DNA of 53,187 nucleotides, filler included, from Trypethelium eluteriae (lineage: Eukaryota), in the NCBI GenBank assembly GCA_051942245.1. It is 2 parts of 2 records of this genome, joined end to end, with 100 filler letters (N's around TTAATTAATTAA, not from the genome) between each part and the next. Parts side by side here need not be neighbours in the genome. Positions count along the whole stretch, not along the records: positions 1 to 26,549 come from JAVECL010000350.1; 1 more part is not named here. The stretch is one strand, 5' to 3'. Below the pieces are notes generated by a model that was not told the origin of the DNA, ran no database searches, and saw nothing but the letters and a program-made list of their open reading frames with translations. Both the position numbers and the translations under genes were made by a program. This document shows positions 12,243 through 22,035 of the stretch, piece by piece (the stretch's first letter is position 1; each line of letters starts with the position of its first letter).

Positions 12243-13544
12243 ATGAATACAACTTTCACGTACTATGAGTGTCAACTTGATGATTCAAATTCCCAGATTC
12301 GACTTCTAGAACTCAGAAAGCCTACACCAGATCAGTTCAAATGGACGTTCGAATTAGGCATTCATCCGCTACCCTCCAGATCCAGGACTCCTCCCTTTGC
12401 AGCAATCTCTTACGAATGGGGAGGACCTGATCAAACTCGACCGATCTTTATCGGCGGAAGAGTCGTGGGAGTGCAGCCGAATCTATGGGACTGTCTCCAA
12501 GCGCTTTGTGGCGGCATACAAAGCAATCAGAACCTGCCAACCCACTTCTGGATTGATTCTATCTGCATAAACCAGAAGAACGGATCAGAAAAGACGAACC
12601 AGATCCGATTGCTCGATGACATTTACCAGTCTGCAACATGCGTGATTAGCTGGCTCGGGAAAACCCCTCATGCGAGGGCCATGGAGCACCTTATTGATAG
12701 ATCCACGAGCCGGGAAGATATATGGGTTCGTTCCGACTTGCACCACTTGGTAAACGCGACGTACTGGACTAGAATGTGGATAGTACAGGAGGTGGTCCTC
12801 GCACCAATGTGGTGGATACTTTGTGGTGATCGACTTATGGACGGAGATCAACTTATCGACTTTTACTCAAGACACCCACGCCATCAGGACGACCTCCGAA
12901 AAGCGTACAATATCGTTGAGGAAAGGAATGCATTCAACGAGCGAATTATACAAAGAGGGTCTCGAAGAGGATCTCCGCTTATACAACTACTGTGCCGCTT
13001 CTTCAATCTTCAGTCCACATACGCAGTGGATAAGATACGTGCTCTTTTAGCATTATGTTCGGATAACACTGATAAGATTAACAAACTTCTAGAGCCCTTT
13101 GCTGATAGGTTGGAAGACTTCGGCAAGAACCCTAACGAAGCAAGCCAGGTATGCGACGAGGTAGTTCAGCTCTCTGGTCTATCAGGGACTCATGAGTTGG
13201 GGTTGGCTCGGGAGTTAGTGGCTGGAGTGCTTGGTGCGCATTTGCCGCGCATAGCGGCTCAGCTTGACCTAATTCTCAAAGACAAGAACGCACCACCCAC
13301 AACTGCAAACAAAGCTGTTCCTGGCACTCTGAGTCCATTTACGTTCACATGCGGAAGCCAACCTCGGGCTCTCGGAAGTAGCATTTTGGACCCTTTTTCC
13401 GAGGACCCTATAAGCCAATCTGGTACGCGTCGTGCCCCAAATCCCTTTACATCCGCCAGCGATAGACGGACCCAGCTTTCTAAAAGCGGCTTTATGACAA
13501 GGCAGAACGAAGACGGATGCAAAGATGGCAGACAAAACCACTAA
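12243..13544 (+). CDS. HET-domain (heterokaryon incompatibility, Het-6-like) protein
   Basis: The HET blocks QIRLLEL, FAAISYEWG, FWIDSICINQ..EKTNQIRLLDDIYQSATCVISWLG and YWTRMWIVQEVVLA are all present. Confidence 0.92.
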   Translation: MNTTFTYYECQLDDSNSQIRLLELRKPTPDQFKWTFELGIHPLPSRSRTPPFAAISYEWGGPDQTRPIFIGGRVVGVQPNLWDCLQALCGGIQSNQNLPTHFWIDSICINQKNGSEKTNQIRLLDDIYQSATCVISWLGKTPHARAMEHLIDRSTSREDIWVRSDLHHLVNATYWTRMWIVQEVVLAPMWWILCGDRLMDGDQLIDFYSRHPRHQDDLRKAYNIVEERNAFNERIIQRGSRRGSPLIQLLCRFFNLQSTYAVDKIRALLALCSDNTDKINKLLEPFADRLEDFGKNPNEASQVCDEVVQLSGLSGTHELGLARELVAGVLGAHLPRIAAQLDLILKDKNAPPTTANKAVPGTLSPFTFTCGSQPRALGSSILDPFSEDPISQSGTRRAPNPFTSASDRRTQLSKSGFMTRQNEDGCKDGRQNH

Positions 13545-13729
13545 AGCACTGAGCACAACACGCAGGAACAGCCATCGCCAGGCGGCAGCGATCATCTTAA
13601 GGTATGATAAATATAGCAGCCGGGTCATAAAGGTAGAGGTAGTTCTATTTGGATGTATACTACGCTGGCGACCAGCTTCCTAACCACTATGAATACAGTA
13701 GGCCACCGCCTGTGCGAGTCTACCTTTTG

Positions 13730-14200
13730 CTACCATATCCGCGGCACAAAGGCTCTCCAGGGTTCTGGCCTAAAGGCATCCTCCGCGACCAGTGTCATGT
13801 CTATCTGCACTAGCGTATTTGGCTCTGGCTCTGTCGTATCTAACTCTTGTGCAACACTCTTGCCCTTCCGACCGCGTCTCCCATCGCCTTTAACTACTTT
13901 GGCAGGATCTTTCTCAGCACGCTTCGCTCGTGTCCCCTCAAGATCCGCATAGCTCGTTACCTCCACCTCATCTGGATTTGATGATCTGGTTGATGGGCGA
14001 ACCTTGGCCTGGTTATTCATCTTGGTTTGGAGTTGAATGTGGTTCTGGTCAGGGGCGTGTTGGGCAAAGGATGTTTCGGCGGTGTTGGCGAGCTTCTCTA
14101 TCAGTCTCTGTTGATGCTGTCTGTTCATCTCATCATGAGGAGCTTGTTGGAATAGATCAAGTAATGCTGTAGGAACCTCTAATGACACAGTGTCGTTACT
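13730..14200 (-). mobile_element. Degenerate C-terminal fragment of a fungal pogo/Fot1-like DNA transposase-derived protein
   Basis: IEKLANTAETSFAQ...MNNQAKVRPSTRS...VTSYADLEGTRAKRAEK...GRRGRK...PEPWRAFVPRIW resembles the C-terminal tail I recall from fungal transposase-derived ORFs. No DDE core or TIRs were found. Confidence 0.7.
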
Positions 14201-14901
14201 GGTGTCCAGACTACTTCGCCTTGCAGACACGATCCTCCGTCTTCGAGCCTACCGCCCACAGAACTGCAAAGCGTTGAGTGAAACTCGCAGCGAAGTCCAC
14301 GACCTTCAACTGCGCCGCAACACAGTGACGAATGCCCACCCATGTAGAGAGTCACCAATGATAGGCGCGACGCACTCACAGCATGTAATAGACCGCATAG
14401 TCTCCGCACCTGACTTCGACCATTCTGTCCTTGAGCTTGCTGCCGTTGATCCTTTGTTCAAGCGTGCCCCTCCGTGTTGCGGGCTCAACTTCGTCAGCCT
14501 TTCCAGCGAACATCACTTCTATGGACATCGCTTTCCCCTCCAGACCTTTTTTCCCAGCGAGGCACCACGACGGCGGACATGATCGGATAATATAATGGTG
14601 ACGGGAACAGCGATGATAGTAGCGACGCATGACAAGCGTAGGACAAGCGCAGCAGAGGGACACTAACAGCCAGGCTCTAATTCCCAACATGTACATACAT
14701 GCTCCGAAGGTACTCTATCGGATGGACGTCTGACATCGAGTTCAAACGAGTGTGCTTAAGACGCTCGACGGTCCCTCAACTCTTCTAACAATGCAATAAG
14801 GCTGCTCATCGCTCACATTGCGTACCTGGGTAACTCTCGTCTAAAACAAAAGTAATCGTTGGTGATATTGAGTTCTAGAGAAAAACATACCAATAATATT
14901 A

Positions 14902-16231
14902 TCAAGTTGCAAGTGAGATTGTAACTTCATCCCCTGTGAGAATGTTCTGCATGATGGCAACAGATGGTCCGTCGCCGTATGTCTCAATTTTAGGACCGCC
15001 CAAGTCTGGGTCCTGAAACCATTTCATCCAAACCTGGTAAAGATTCCTCTTGCGTGTAATCCTCAAGCCAGATCTACACCCATTCACAATTTCGGATAAC
15101 AGTTCATACCACCAACCATCCTGGTTCTGAGAGTATCTGGCCATGATCAGCGGAACCGTTGGTTGGCCCATAGTTTTGAGTGACTCGTAGCCTGGTCCGG
15201 ATACCTTTGAATCTGAGTTGCTGGAGAACTTGGAAGCAGTCATATCATTCTCCCATCGGGCAACATGCTGATCGAATTCTTTCAGTTGTGAGTGGTATAG
15301 CTTAATAATCAGCTTGGCTTGCCAATTAAGTACCCAAAAGTGCTCAATCTGATCTGGTGTAACCTTCGTTTCATCGTTTGTCTGTACCTGATTGTCTGAG
15401 ATTGCATGTAGTTAGCATATGCTCCTTCTTGTGGAATATAAGGGGGGATTACAAAGCTCGCACCCAAACACACAAGCATCATCAGATCTCAGCTTAGCCA
15501 CCACGAGCGGGAGGATTTTGGTACCCATTTGTACAAGTGCGTCCCATTGAGGACCACTGGCGAAGGCGCTACTTGAGCAAGCATGAGATGCCCTCGGCGT
15601 ACTCTGGCATTGTTCAGTCCATTCATAGTAACGACCATTGAAGTTCATAACAAGGTTAGGAAATTCTGAGGCTAGAAGATCGGCCACTTTTTGTATATCT
15701 TGGAATTCTGAGTCGGATAGTGGTGCCGGAGGTCCTCCACTGCTTCCTACGGTGGTAGGGGCCGGCTTGCCAGTTTTTGTTTTAAAGTGCACAACAATAT
15801 TGCCGTATGTATCTCCTATCAGACCATCTCGCGGATGAGTGATTTTGAGTTCCTCACCCAGCTTACTGCTCCATTCATTAGAGACGAGCTTGCGTGACGC
15901 ATGTGTACATTCGCCATTTCTCGCGTAGCCATCGACGGAGGCCAGTTCTTCGCTGCAGGATTCAAGGTTGAAATAAGGCCCTTCCAATACTTAATAAACA
16001 AGCACGTGCTTCTCTAGATTCGAACTTACGGGAGAGAAGTTCTACAAACTGCTGTTCAGTAGTAGGTGGATTGACCCATCGGTCTTCTATTCCCAAGGCC
16101 CAGGCAATACAGTTGTAGTACCTATTAGCTAGACCTATGAGTTGACAATCGTCATAGCGTCCAGCAAGCCTAGGAAAATCTCCCACCAGCTCTTTCCAAT
16201 AACCGGGAGGGATCGATTTTGGGTTACTCAT
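14902..16231 (-). CDS. Putative papain-fold cysteine peptidase-like (DUF7689-like) domain fused to two copies of a helical repeat; exons 16231-16030, 15980-15453, 15395-14902; 407 aa
   Basis: Two short introns (GTAAGT..AAG; GTAATC..GCTAAC..CAG) join three track ORFs into one frame. Motifs are YNCIAWALG, THASRK, WSSKLG, ITHPRDGLIGDTYG, and a repeated GP.(W/Y)..L..MG....PL unit. Confidence 0.8.
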
Positions 16232-16649
16232 TATGTCCGGCGAGGGCGCGAGAAAGAGAGAAATAGAGAGAGAGAGAGAATTTTTGATCTCAGAGCTTTA
16301 CCTGCGAGCAGAGTACTTATAGTACTGGATGAGGTTGCCAGTTCGCCCTGTAGTAAGACTGGAAAGCCATATGTGCCTAATTCAGACGATTATTGTTCGC
16401 GCCGGATTTGGACATGCCAGACGAATTGAGCACCATACATCACTGCCAGCCAATACTTGTGTGTGCGACAGCAGCAGGGCTGAAGCCTCGTTGTAGATCA
16501 CATGAAGCTTTTTCCTCGCCCTAGGCGCCGGTGATAGGGATAGAGAAATAGCATAACAAAGTCGACGCTCCGAATGCAATGTCTGCCCACAAAGCCAAGC
16601 GTTGACTGAAAGTCGCAGCGAAGTCGTTCCATAACTTCAAATCCAGCAT

Positions 16650-16900
16650 GGCGACCACCGCAAAACGGAACGTCGCCAGATTGCTATCGCTGATCCGCCG
16701 TGCTCCTTTAGCTCTTGCAGATCTTTCTTGGCACTCTTGCCGCTTGCGCTTCCGATCGCGTCTTCATTCCCCGCGACGGCTTTTCTCTTTGCCTCTTTCG
16801 CAGCTTCCTTGGCCTTTTTTCAGCCTTTTTGGCCCCCCTTCGCGGCCTCTTTCCCAGCATGCTCCGCTTTTGCTATCTTAGGTCTTTATCCCTTGCGCTG
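16650..16900 (-). pseudogene. Decayed Lys/Ala/Glu-rich coding relic, possibly a transposase tail
   Basis: The minus strand reads ...KEAAKGGQKG*KKAKEAAKEAKRKAVAG... with internal stops. Confidence 0.3.
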
Positions 16901-17352
16901 GTGCCGCGGGCTGTTGCGCACGGATGGTTTTTGTATGGGAATTTAGCTATTTTCGAGTCGGACATGGTTTCCCTAGTATACGCAGCAAACCTGTGGATGA
17001 ACAACGAGTCGTCGGAGCTGGGAATTCTAGTAACAGTCGAATTTTTGTTCGGGCGCGGAAGATGATTGCAACGCGGAGATTGGTGAGATTGGCCGTCCAA
17101 TCTTACAACCGTGTTCATGTCCGTATAGTTGTAAAGGAGACTGCTGCCATTACGAGACAAAGGTAGCGAACCAAGAGATTTGATGGAATAGAATAAAGTG
17201 TCCGGATAAAAACAACGGCCACTCGTTCCATCCTGTCATACGTCAGACCCGCCAGCGTTGTCAGAGAAACGCCTTAGTCTAGGACTAGCGCGTGTTCCTC
17301 TACAAGTCGTCCGTCTCCCACCAATAATTTTTTTTGGTGTATCACTGGTGAG

Positions 17353-18875
17353 ATGATGGTGACAATGGCTGGCAGGAAGTGGGCATTAGTACTTTGCTGT
17401 ACTTTAGCATTCATTGGGACTTCCTGTGCAACTTCTGCAAACCGCGTTGTGGATGCCAGGAATTACTCAACGTGGATGCTTGATAGCATTATTGCCAATG
17501 GAAACGGAATTGGCTCCTCCGGCGCAGCAACGTCACAGATCGAGCTGGCATGCATACTCTAAAACACTATAAAATGTCACCCTCGCGAACTAATCTCGTT
17601 CTCTCAGGGTGTCTTTCAAGACGCGCTCAACCAGGCGATCAACGATGCCGCCACTACTAATGCACAACAAGCACAGGAGTGGAGTAGCTACTTGCAGCGA
17701 AGTATTGCTAGCAGTGGCCCGGCCGGGTTCGTCAATGTGATTGCGGACGTTGCTAAACCCCTTGATCGGTTGAGTATTGGGAGGTCTTTGATCACCGAGT
17801 AAGTGGCTTATGTGACTATCGTCTCTGGAAGGCGCTAACAGATCGCCACGCTCTATTAGACAGCTTCAAAGTCCTAACGCAAGCACGCTAGCAGAGATCA
17901 AGGCGCTGGAACAATCTGTGGTACATCAGCCGCGCAATGCCAATGGTAAACCCCAGTGACAGCGGTGTAACATGGTGTCTCGCTGGCTGACCCTTTCTGA
18001 CAGGTGGTCTCTGGTATTATGATAATGTGAACAACCTGACTGCGTACTCCAACCTTTCCTATCTTGATGGCATGTTTTCCCACGCACCATTCACCATGCT
18101 TCTTCCCTCTGTCCTCCCCAATCTTACTGCCGATGTCGCCTTCGACGAAGCGCACCTGCAGCTCGACTTGCTATACCACCGCTGCTTCCAAAACGAGACA
18201 GGTCTCCTCGTCCACGGCTATGATGCCATCAGAAGCCATCCATGGGCGAATCCTGTGAATGGCGCGAGCCCCATTGTGTGGAGTCGCAGCTTGGGCTGGT
18301 ATACAGTTGGCCTCGTGGATTTGCTGGAGATTGCAATGCGATCCTACTCACAAGAGCAGAACCAAGACGGATCATCGTTGTATTTGCTGCGACAGCGCTT
18401 CAATGAGCTTGCCAAGGCACAAATTGCGGCGGTTACTGCATCGGCGAACACCACAGGAAGGGCCGCGCTATGGCAGGTCGTGACTCAGCCGAGTGCTCAA
18501 GGCAATTTTGTTGAGAGTAGTGGTTCTGCACTCATTGCTTACGCTTTGGCCAAGGGTGTGCGAACTGGGTTGCTGGACAATGCAGTGAAGGAGAGCGCGG
18601 CTCTTGTTGCGACGAAGATGGTGGAGGATCTAGTGGAGAACTTCGTCATTGAGAACGAAAACGGGACGCTGAGCTTCAATGGTACGAGTAGTGTGGCGAG
18701 TTTGAGTGGGAATAAGATCGATTTCGAGGCAAGTACTGCAGGCCAGAGAACCTTTGGTCATGAGATCTAATGAGAGATGCAGTACTACGTGACCAGACCG
18801 ATTACCTTGAACTCGCTGATAGGCACGAGCGCGTTCGTACTTGCTGCCCTAAATGTCGGTGAGCTCCAAGCATAG
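17353..18875 (+). CDS. Secreted GH105/GH88 (YteR-like unsaturated glucuronyl/rhamnogalacturonyl hydrolase); exons 17353-17547, 17608-17798, 17860-17945, 18004-18728, 18783-18875
   Basis: Signal peptide, then YSTWMLDSII, IELGVFQ, PLDRLSIG, RNANGGLWYY, SYLDGMFS, TGLLVHGYD, WSRSLGWY, LWQVV, NFVESSGSAL and YYVTRP...NSLIGTSAFVLAAL. Confidence 0.9.
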
Positions 18876-19642
18876 ACAACGTCTCGGAAGAACGAATAGT
18901 CAGGAAGAGTGGTGAGACAGGTTGTTCACTTGCCGATGTACCGGTATCATGTGTGAGCGAAATCGTATAAGAAATGCAATACTCATGTATAGTGTGCAGA
19001 TGAAGAGAAGAGGACGCCTAAATTTCGATGTATAAGTAACGTATCACTAAATTTTATTTTCTCTGTCTCATCTTTAGCTAATCAAACCTTCCCCATCTCT
19101 CGACCTTGATTTCCTACCAGGAATCTTGCCTATATGAACTACGCCTCTGCCACTACATCACCACAATAAGACGAATGTGGCTATGGAACCATATTATCTC
19201 ACGCGTAGACTTTATCACCTAGACTGTATTTCGTTCTAGCTTTCTTAGTCGAGACTTTCTCTACCGGCTTTTCATTATCTGGGTCGCCGACGAGAACGAC
19301 CATATTGATAAACGCGGTATCCTTAATAGACAGCTGACTGATATCGTTGTAGACAACTGCCGAGCCTTGGCTGTATCTAGTGACGCAGAATCTCGTTTTG
19401 AAGAATTGTTTATGGGTTCATGTGATGAGCTGTATTCAGTCAGTCATCATTACAAACCAGACTAAAGTGACTAGAAGAGGAGGCTTACTTTTGCCAAGTT
19501 CTGTCTTTCCTCAGGAGACCCTCTAGCACAGGAGTCCACCCGAGTATCGGGGTACTGTTCTCAGGGTGCCCACATTCTCATATTATTTCCCGATCCTGGC
19601 GGCGATTCGCCATCTCTTTGTGATCCTCAAGCACAATCGATC

Positions 19643-19808
19643 ATGGATGATTTATCTATTTTTCAAGCATCGAACCTTCTACATACTGAAGAGCGAATAT
19701 CACGCTATCGTCCTGGTGGATTTCATCCGGTCAGTCTGGACGATACCATGTGCATCATAAGTTAGGCTGGGGAGGTCTTTTCACACTTTGGCTTGCTTGG
19801 GATGTAAA
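19643..19808 (+). pseudogene. Relic of a fungal SRPK-like (CMGC) protein kinase N-lobe
   Basis: EERISRYRPGGFHPVSLDDT is followed, after a frameshift or deletion, by VHHKLGWGGLFTLWLAWD and then a GTAAGC donor. The rest of the kinase is not recognisable. Confidence 0.75.
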
Positions 19809-20539
19809 GTAAGCTCCCTCTCAGCACAGTCTCTCCACTCCCAGGGTACAAGAACAAGGGATGTCCTGCTAAGAAATTCCCGCCCGACCTAAGAACTCTC
19901 CATGATGGCGTGACATCTGATCTCCTAAACAATTTGCCGTTTCATCTATTGCTAGTAGGTGGGTCATGCGCGATGGAATTTCATCGTAAAATGACAAAAC
20001 ACGGTAAAGTGTTGCGCATAAAAATCTCCCCAGCAATGGAGATCCACATGCTCGTCGAAGTTTGAACAGCTGGCTCGATTCGTATTACGGCATATCTTCC
20101 GCATCCAGCATCCGTTTTTTACAACAAATCAACGACTTCAAGTGACTATACGCAATTGGACTCTGTTATCAGTTTCTTCCTTTGGCTGCTGAACAAAAAA
20201 TACATTGAGGATTCTTCTTCCTCAGATGCAACTAATACTAGAAAGGCTGTGCCAAAGGGGGTTCCATTCAAGCTTCTCTCCAGTTACCGAAAACAAGAGA
20301 TGCGAGAAAATCAAGTCCTTTAAAAAGAGGACTATGAGACATGTTTTTTGCTTTGGACTCAACGATATCTTGGAACAGCAGTAGCAACAGCCACCATGGA
20401 GAGCGGTGGTTCTATCGTCGAAGCCGTCAACAATCAAATAAATGAGAGGCGAAGCCAAGCGTAAGTCAATGGTTCACAAACTTTTGCACTGGATCTGACC
20501 AAACCAGCCAACTTAAACTTAAACGCGCGAGTACGCGCA

Positions 20540-20860
20540 ATGACTGATTTGGGTGAAGCAGGGCACTTACCAGACATTCATCATGGCGCAGAAATTTCGA
20601 TCGGAGACAGCGGAGATTTTGCAGTTATCGACGGCGGCAAGATCTTGAAATTCCAAGACGAGTGCTTGATTTCTCTCAGCCAAAGCGTTGGGAAAACTAC
20701 TGTACACTTTGAAAAGGGAGATTATCTTGTAATACGACAAAAAGGCCGATTCAAGTTCAAACGACACAGCAGCGACTTTAAGGGGGTGGATGGACCCCGG
20801 TGGCAACAAATTATTCAAAAGCAGGTATTGATGCTAGATGATGGGGATTCTCTATCATGA
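20540..20860 (+). CDS. Small hypothetical protein (106 aa), possibly the frameshifted second exon of a gene starting at 20396
   Basis: Protein-like beta-strand-rich composition, with an upstream GCCACCATGG start and a canonical intron at 20461-20507. No family recognised. Confidence 0.4.
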   Translation: MTDLGEAGHLPDIHHGAEISIGDSGDFAVIDGGKILKFQDECLISLSQSVGKTTVHFEKGDYLVIRQKGRFKFKRHSSDFKGVDGPRWQQIIQKQVLMLDDGDSLS

Positions 20861-21465
20861 GTCTTTCTGTTGTAGACGTCTTTGAGATTTGACTCGATGC
20901 GGTGTACCCAATTGAAGCGCACTAGGTCTCAACGTTTGCGACTCATTCACATTTCAATTTAGCTCGTTTATTAATGAAATTGGAAATAAACGTATTTAAG
21001 ATACTGAACCAGGTGGAGGCGTATAATCTCAAAAGGGAAATTTGTCTCTCGTGATATTGCTAGTAGCTTACCCGTGACTGCCCTAAGCAAAGGGACAATA
21101 GCATCCGATAAGAACTAAATATATTATAATAGTCTAAAACGCGATTACAAGGAAAGAATTAAAGTATGAACCCATCTAGTTGACTGAGTATAAGAAAAGA
21201 AAGAATATTGGAGAAATAATTGAAATAAATCATGTAGATGATAGCAAAGTCTTATAATAATTTTAATCGAAATAGATATTTCTTATAGAGTTACATCTAC
21301 CTGAATATATGAACTATCAAGAAATTCAATATATATAATAAATATTCAAGAAAAATAAAGTTATAAACGGCTTGGGATTAGCGATATTATGACACTCAAA
21401 GAAATGATTGGAAGAATAAGTTATAGATATATATTATATAAAGCACCTAAATAATATTTAATTAC

Positions 21466-21589
21466 GCCCGGTTAGCTGTGAGTTGTAAAAGTAACAATTA
21501 TAGAAATCACCATACTAACTGTAACTAGCAATCGGTAGAGCGTGAGACTCTTAATCTCAAGGTTGCGGGTTCGACCCCCGCATCGGGCT
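21466..21589 (+). tRNA. tRNA-Lys(CUU), exons 21466-21477 and 21529-21589, interrupted between nt 12 and 13 by a 51-nt GT-AG insert
   Basis: The joined sequence is GCCCGGTTAGCT|CAATCGGTAGAGCGTGAGACTCTTAATCTCAAGGTTGCGGGTTCGACCCCCGCATCGGGCT (73 nt). Stems: acceptor GCCCGGT/ATCGGGC, D GCTC/GAGC, anticodon TGAGA/TCTCA with CTT at 21550-21552, T GCGGG/CCCGC with a TTCGA loop. Confidence 0.93.
21478..21528 (+). other. Spliceosomal-type intron inside the tRNA gene
   Basis: 5' GTGAGT, branch point TACTAAC at 21513-21519, 3' CTAG. The length of 51 nt matches the mRNA introns in this window. Confidence 0.85.
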
Positions 21590-21594
21590 GAAGC

Positions 21595-21601
21595 TTTTTT
21601 T
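21595..21601 (+). terminator. RNA polymerase III terminator (T7)
   Basis: A run of 7 T begins 5 nt after the tRNA 3' end. Confidence 0.8.
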
Positions 21602-22035
21602 CCCCCATCTTATTTTTTAAATTCTATTCCTTTCTATTTGGTCTTCAGTGCATTTTGATTGTTAGTTCTTACTAATATATAAAGGAGCTGGAAAGTTGTG
21701 TTAAAGGATGAATAATTCATCTATTCAGCCTATAGACCGACCAGGTTCTATGTCGCGAAGCAAAGGAAAGAGGAAGAGGAAAAGGACACAGAGCACTTCT
21801 TCTGGTGGTCTGATCCGATAAAGAACAATCATCATGGCGTGTGCATATGATGAAGTTCGCTATTTATCGATGGTAGAGAGGAGACATATCAAGGCGGTTC
21901 TGTAAATTTATGGCACCCCCGTTGAGTCGTTCACAAAGCTCAGATGTATTGAACTGCCCCTACAACTGGGATCCGAGTACTATCACGGCCTTATCTGAGC
22001 AGTTCAATGGGTACACAACGGCTGTAGCATATTAT

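Noticed and set aside
16253..16279. (GA)n tract upstream of the peptidase-fusion gene
   Set aside because: An ordinary CT-rich 5'UTR microsatellite on the coding strand.
21529..21589. Reading the tRNA as a 5'-truncated pseudogene or SINE head, or the insert as a canonical tRNA intron
   Set aside because: The missing 12 nt are present 51 nt upstream and pair fully with the 3' end. The insert is not at position 37/38 and instead carries spliceosomal signals.
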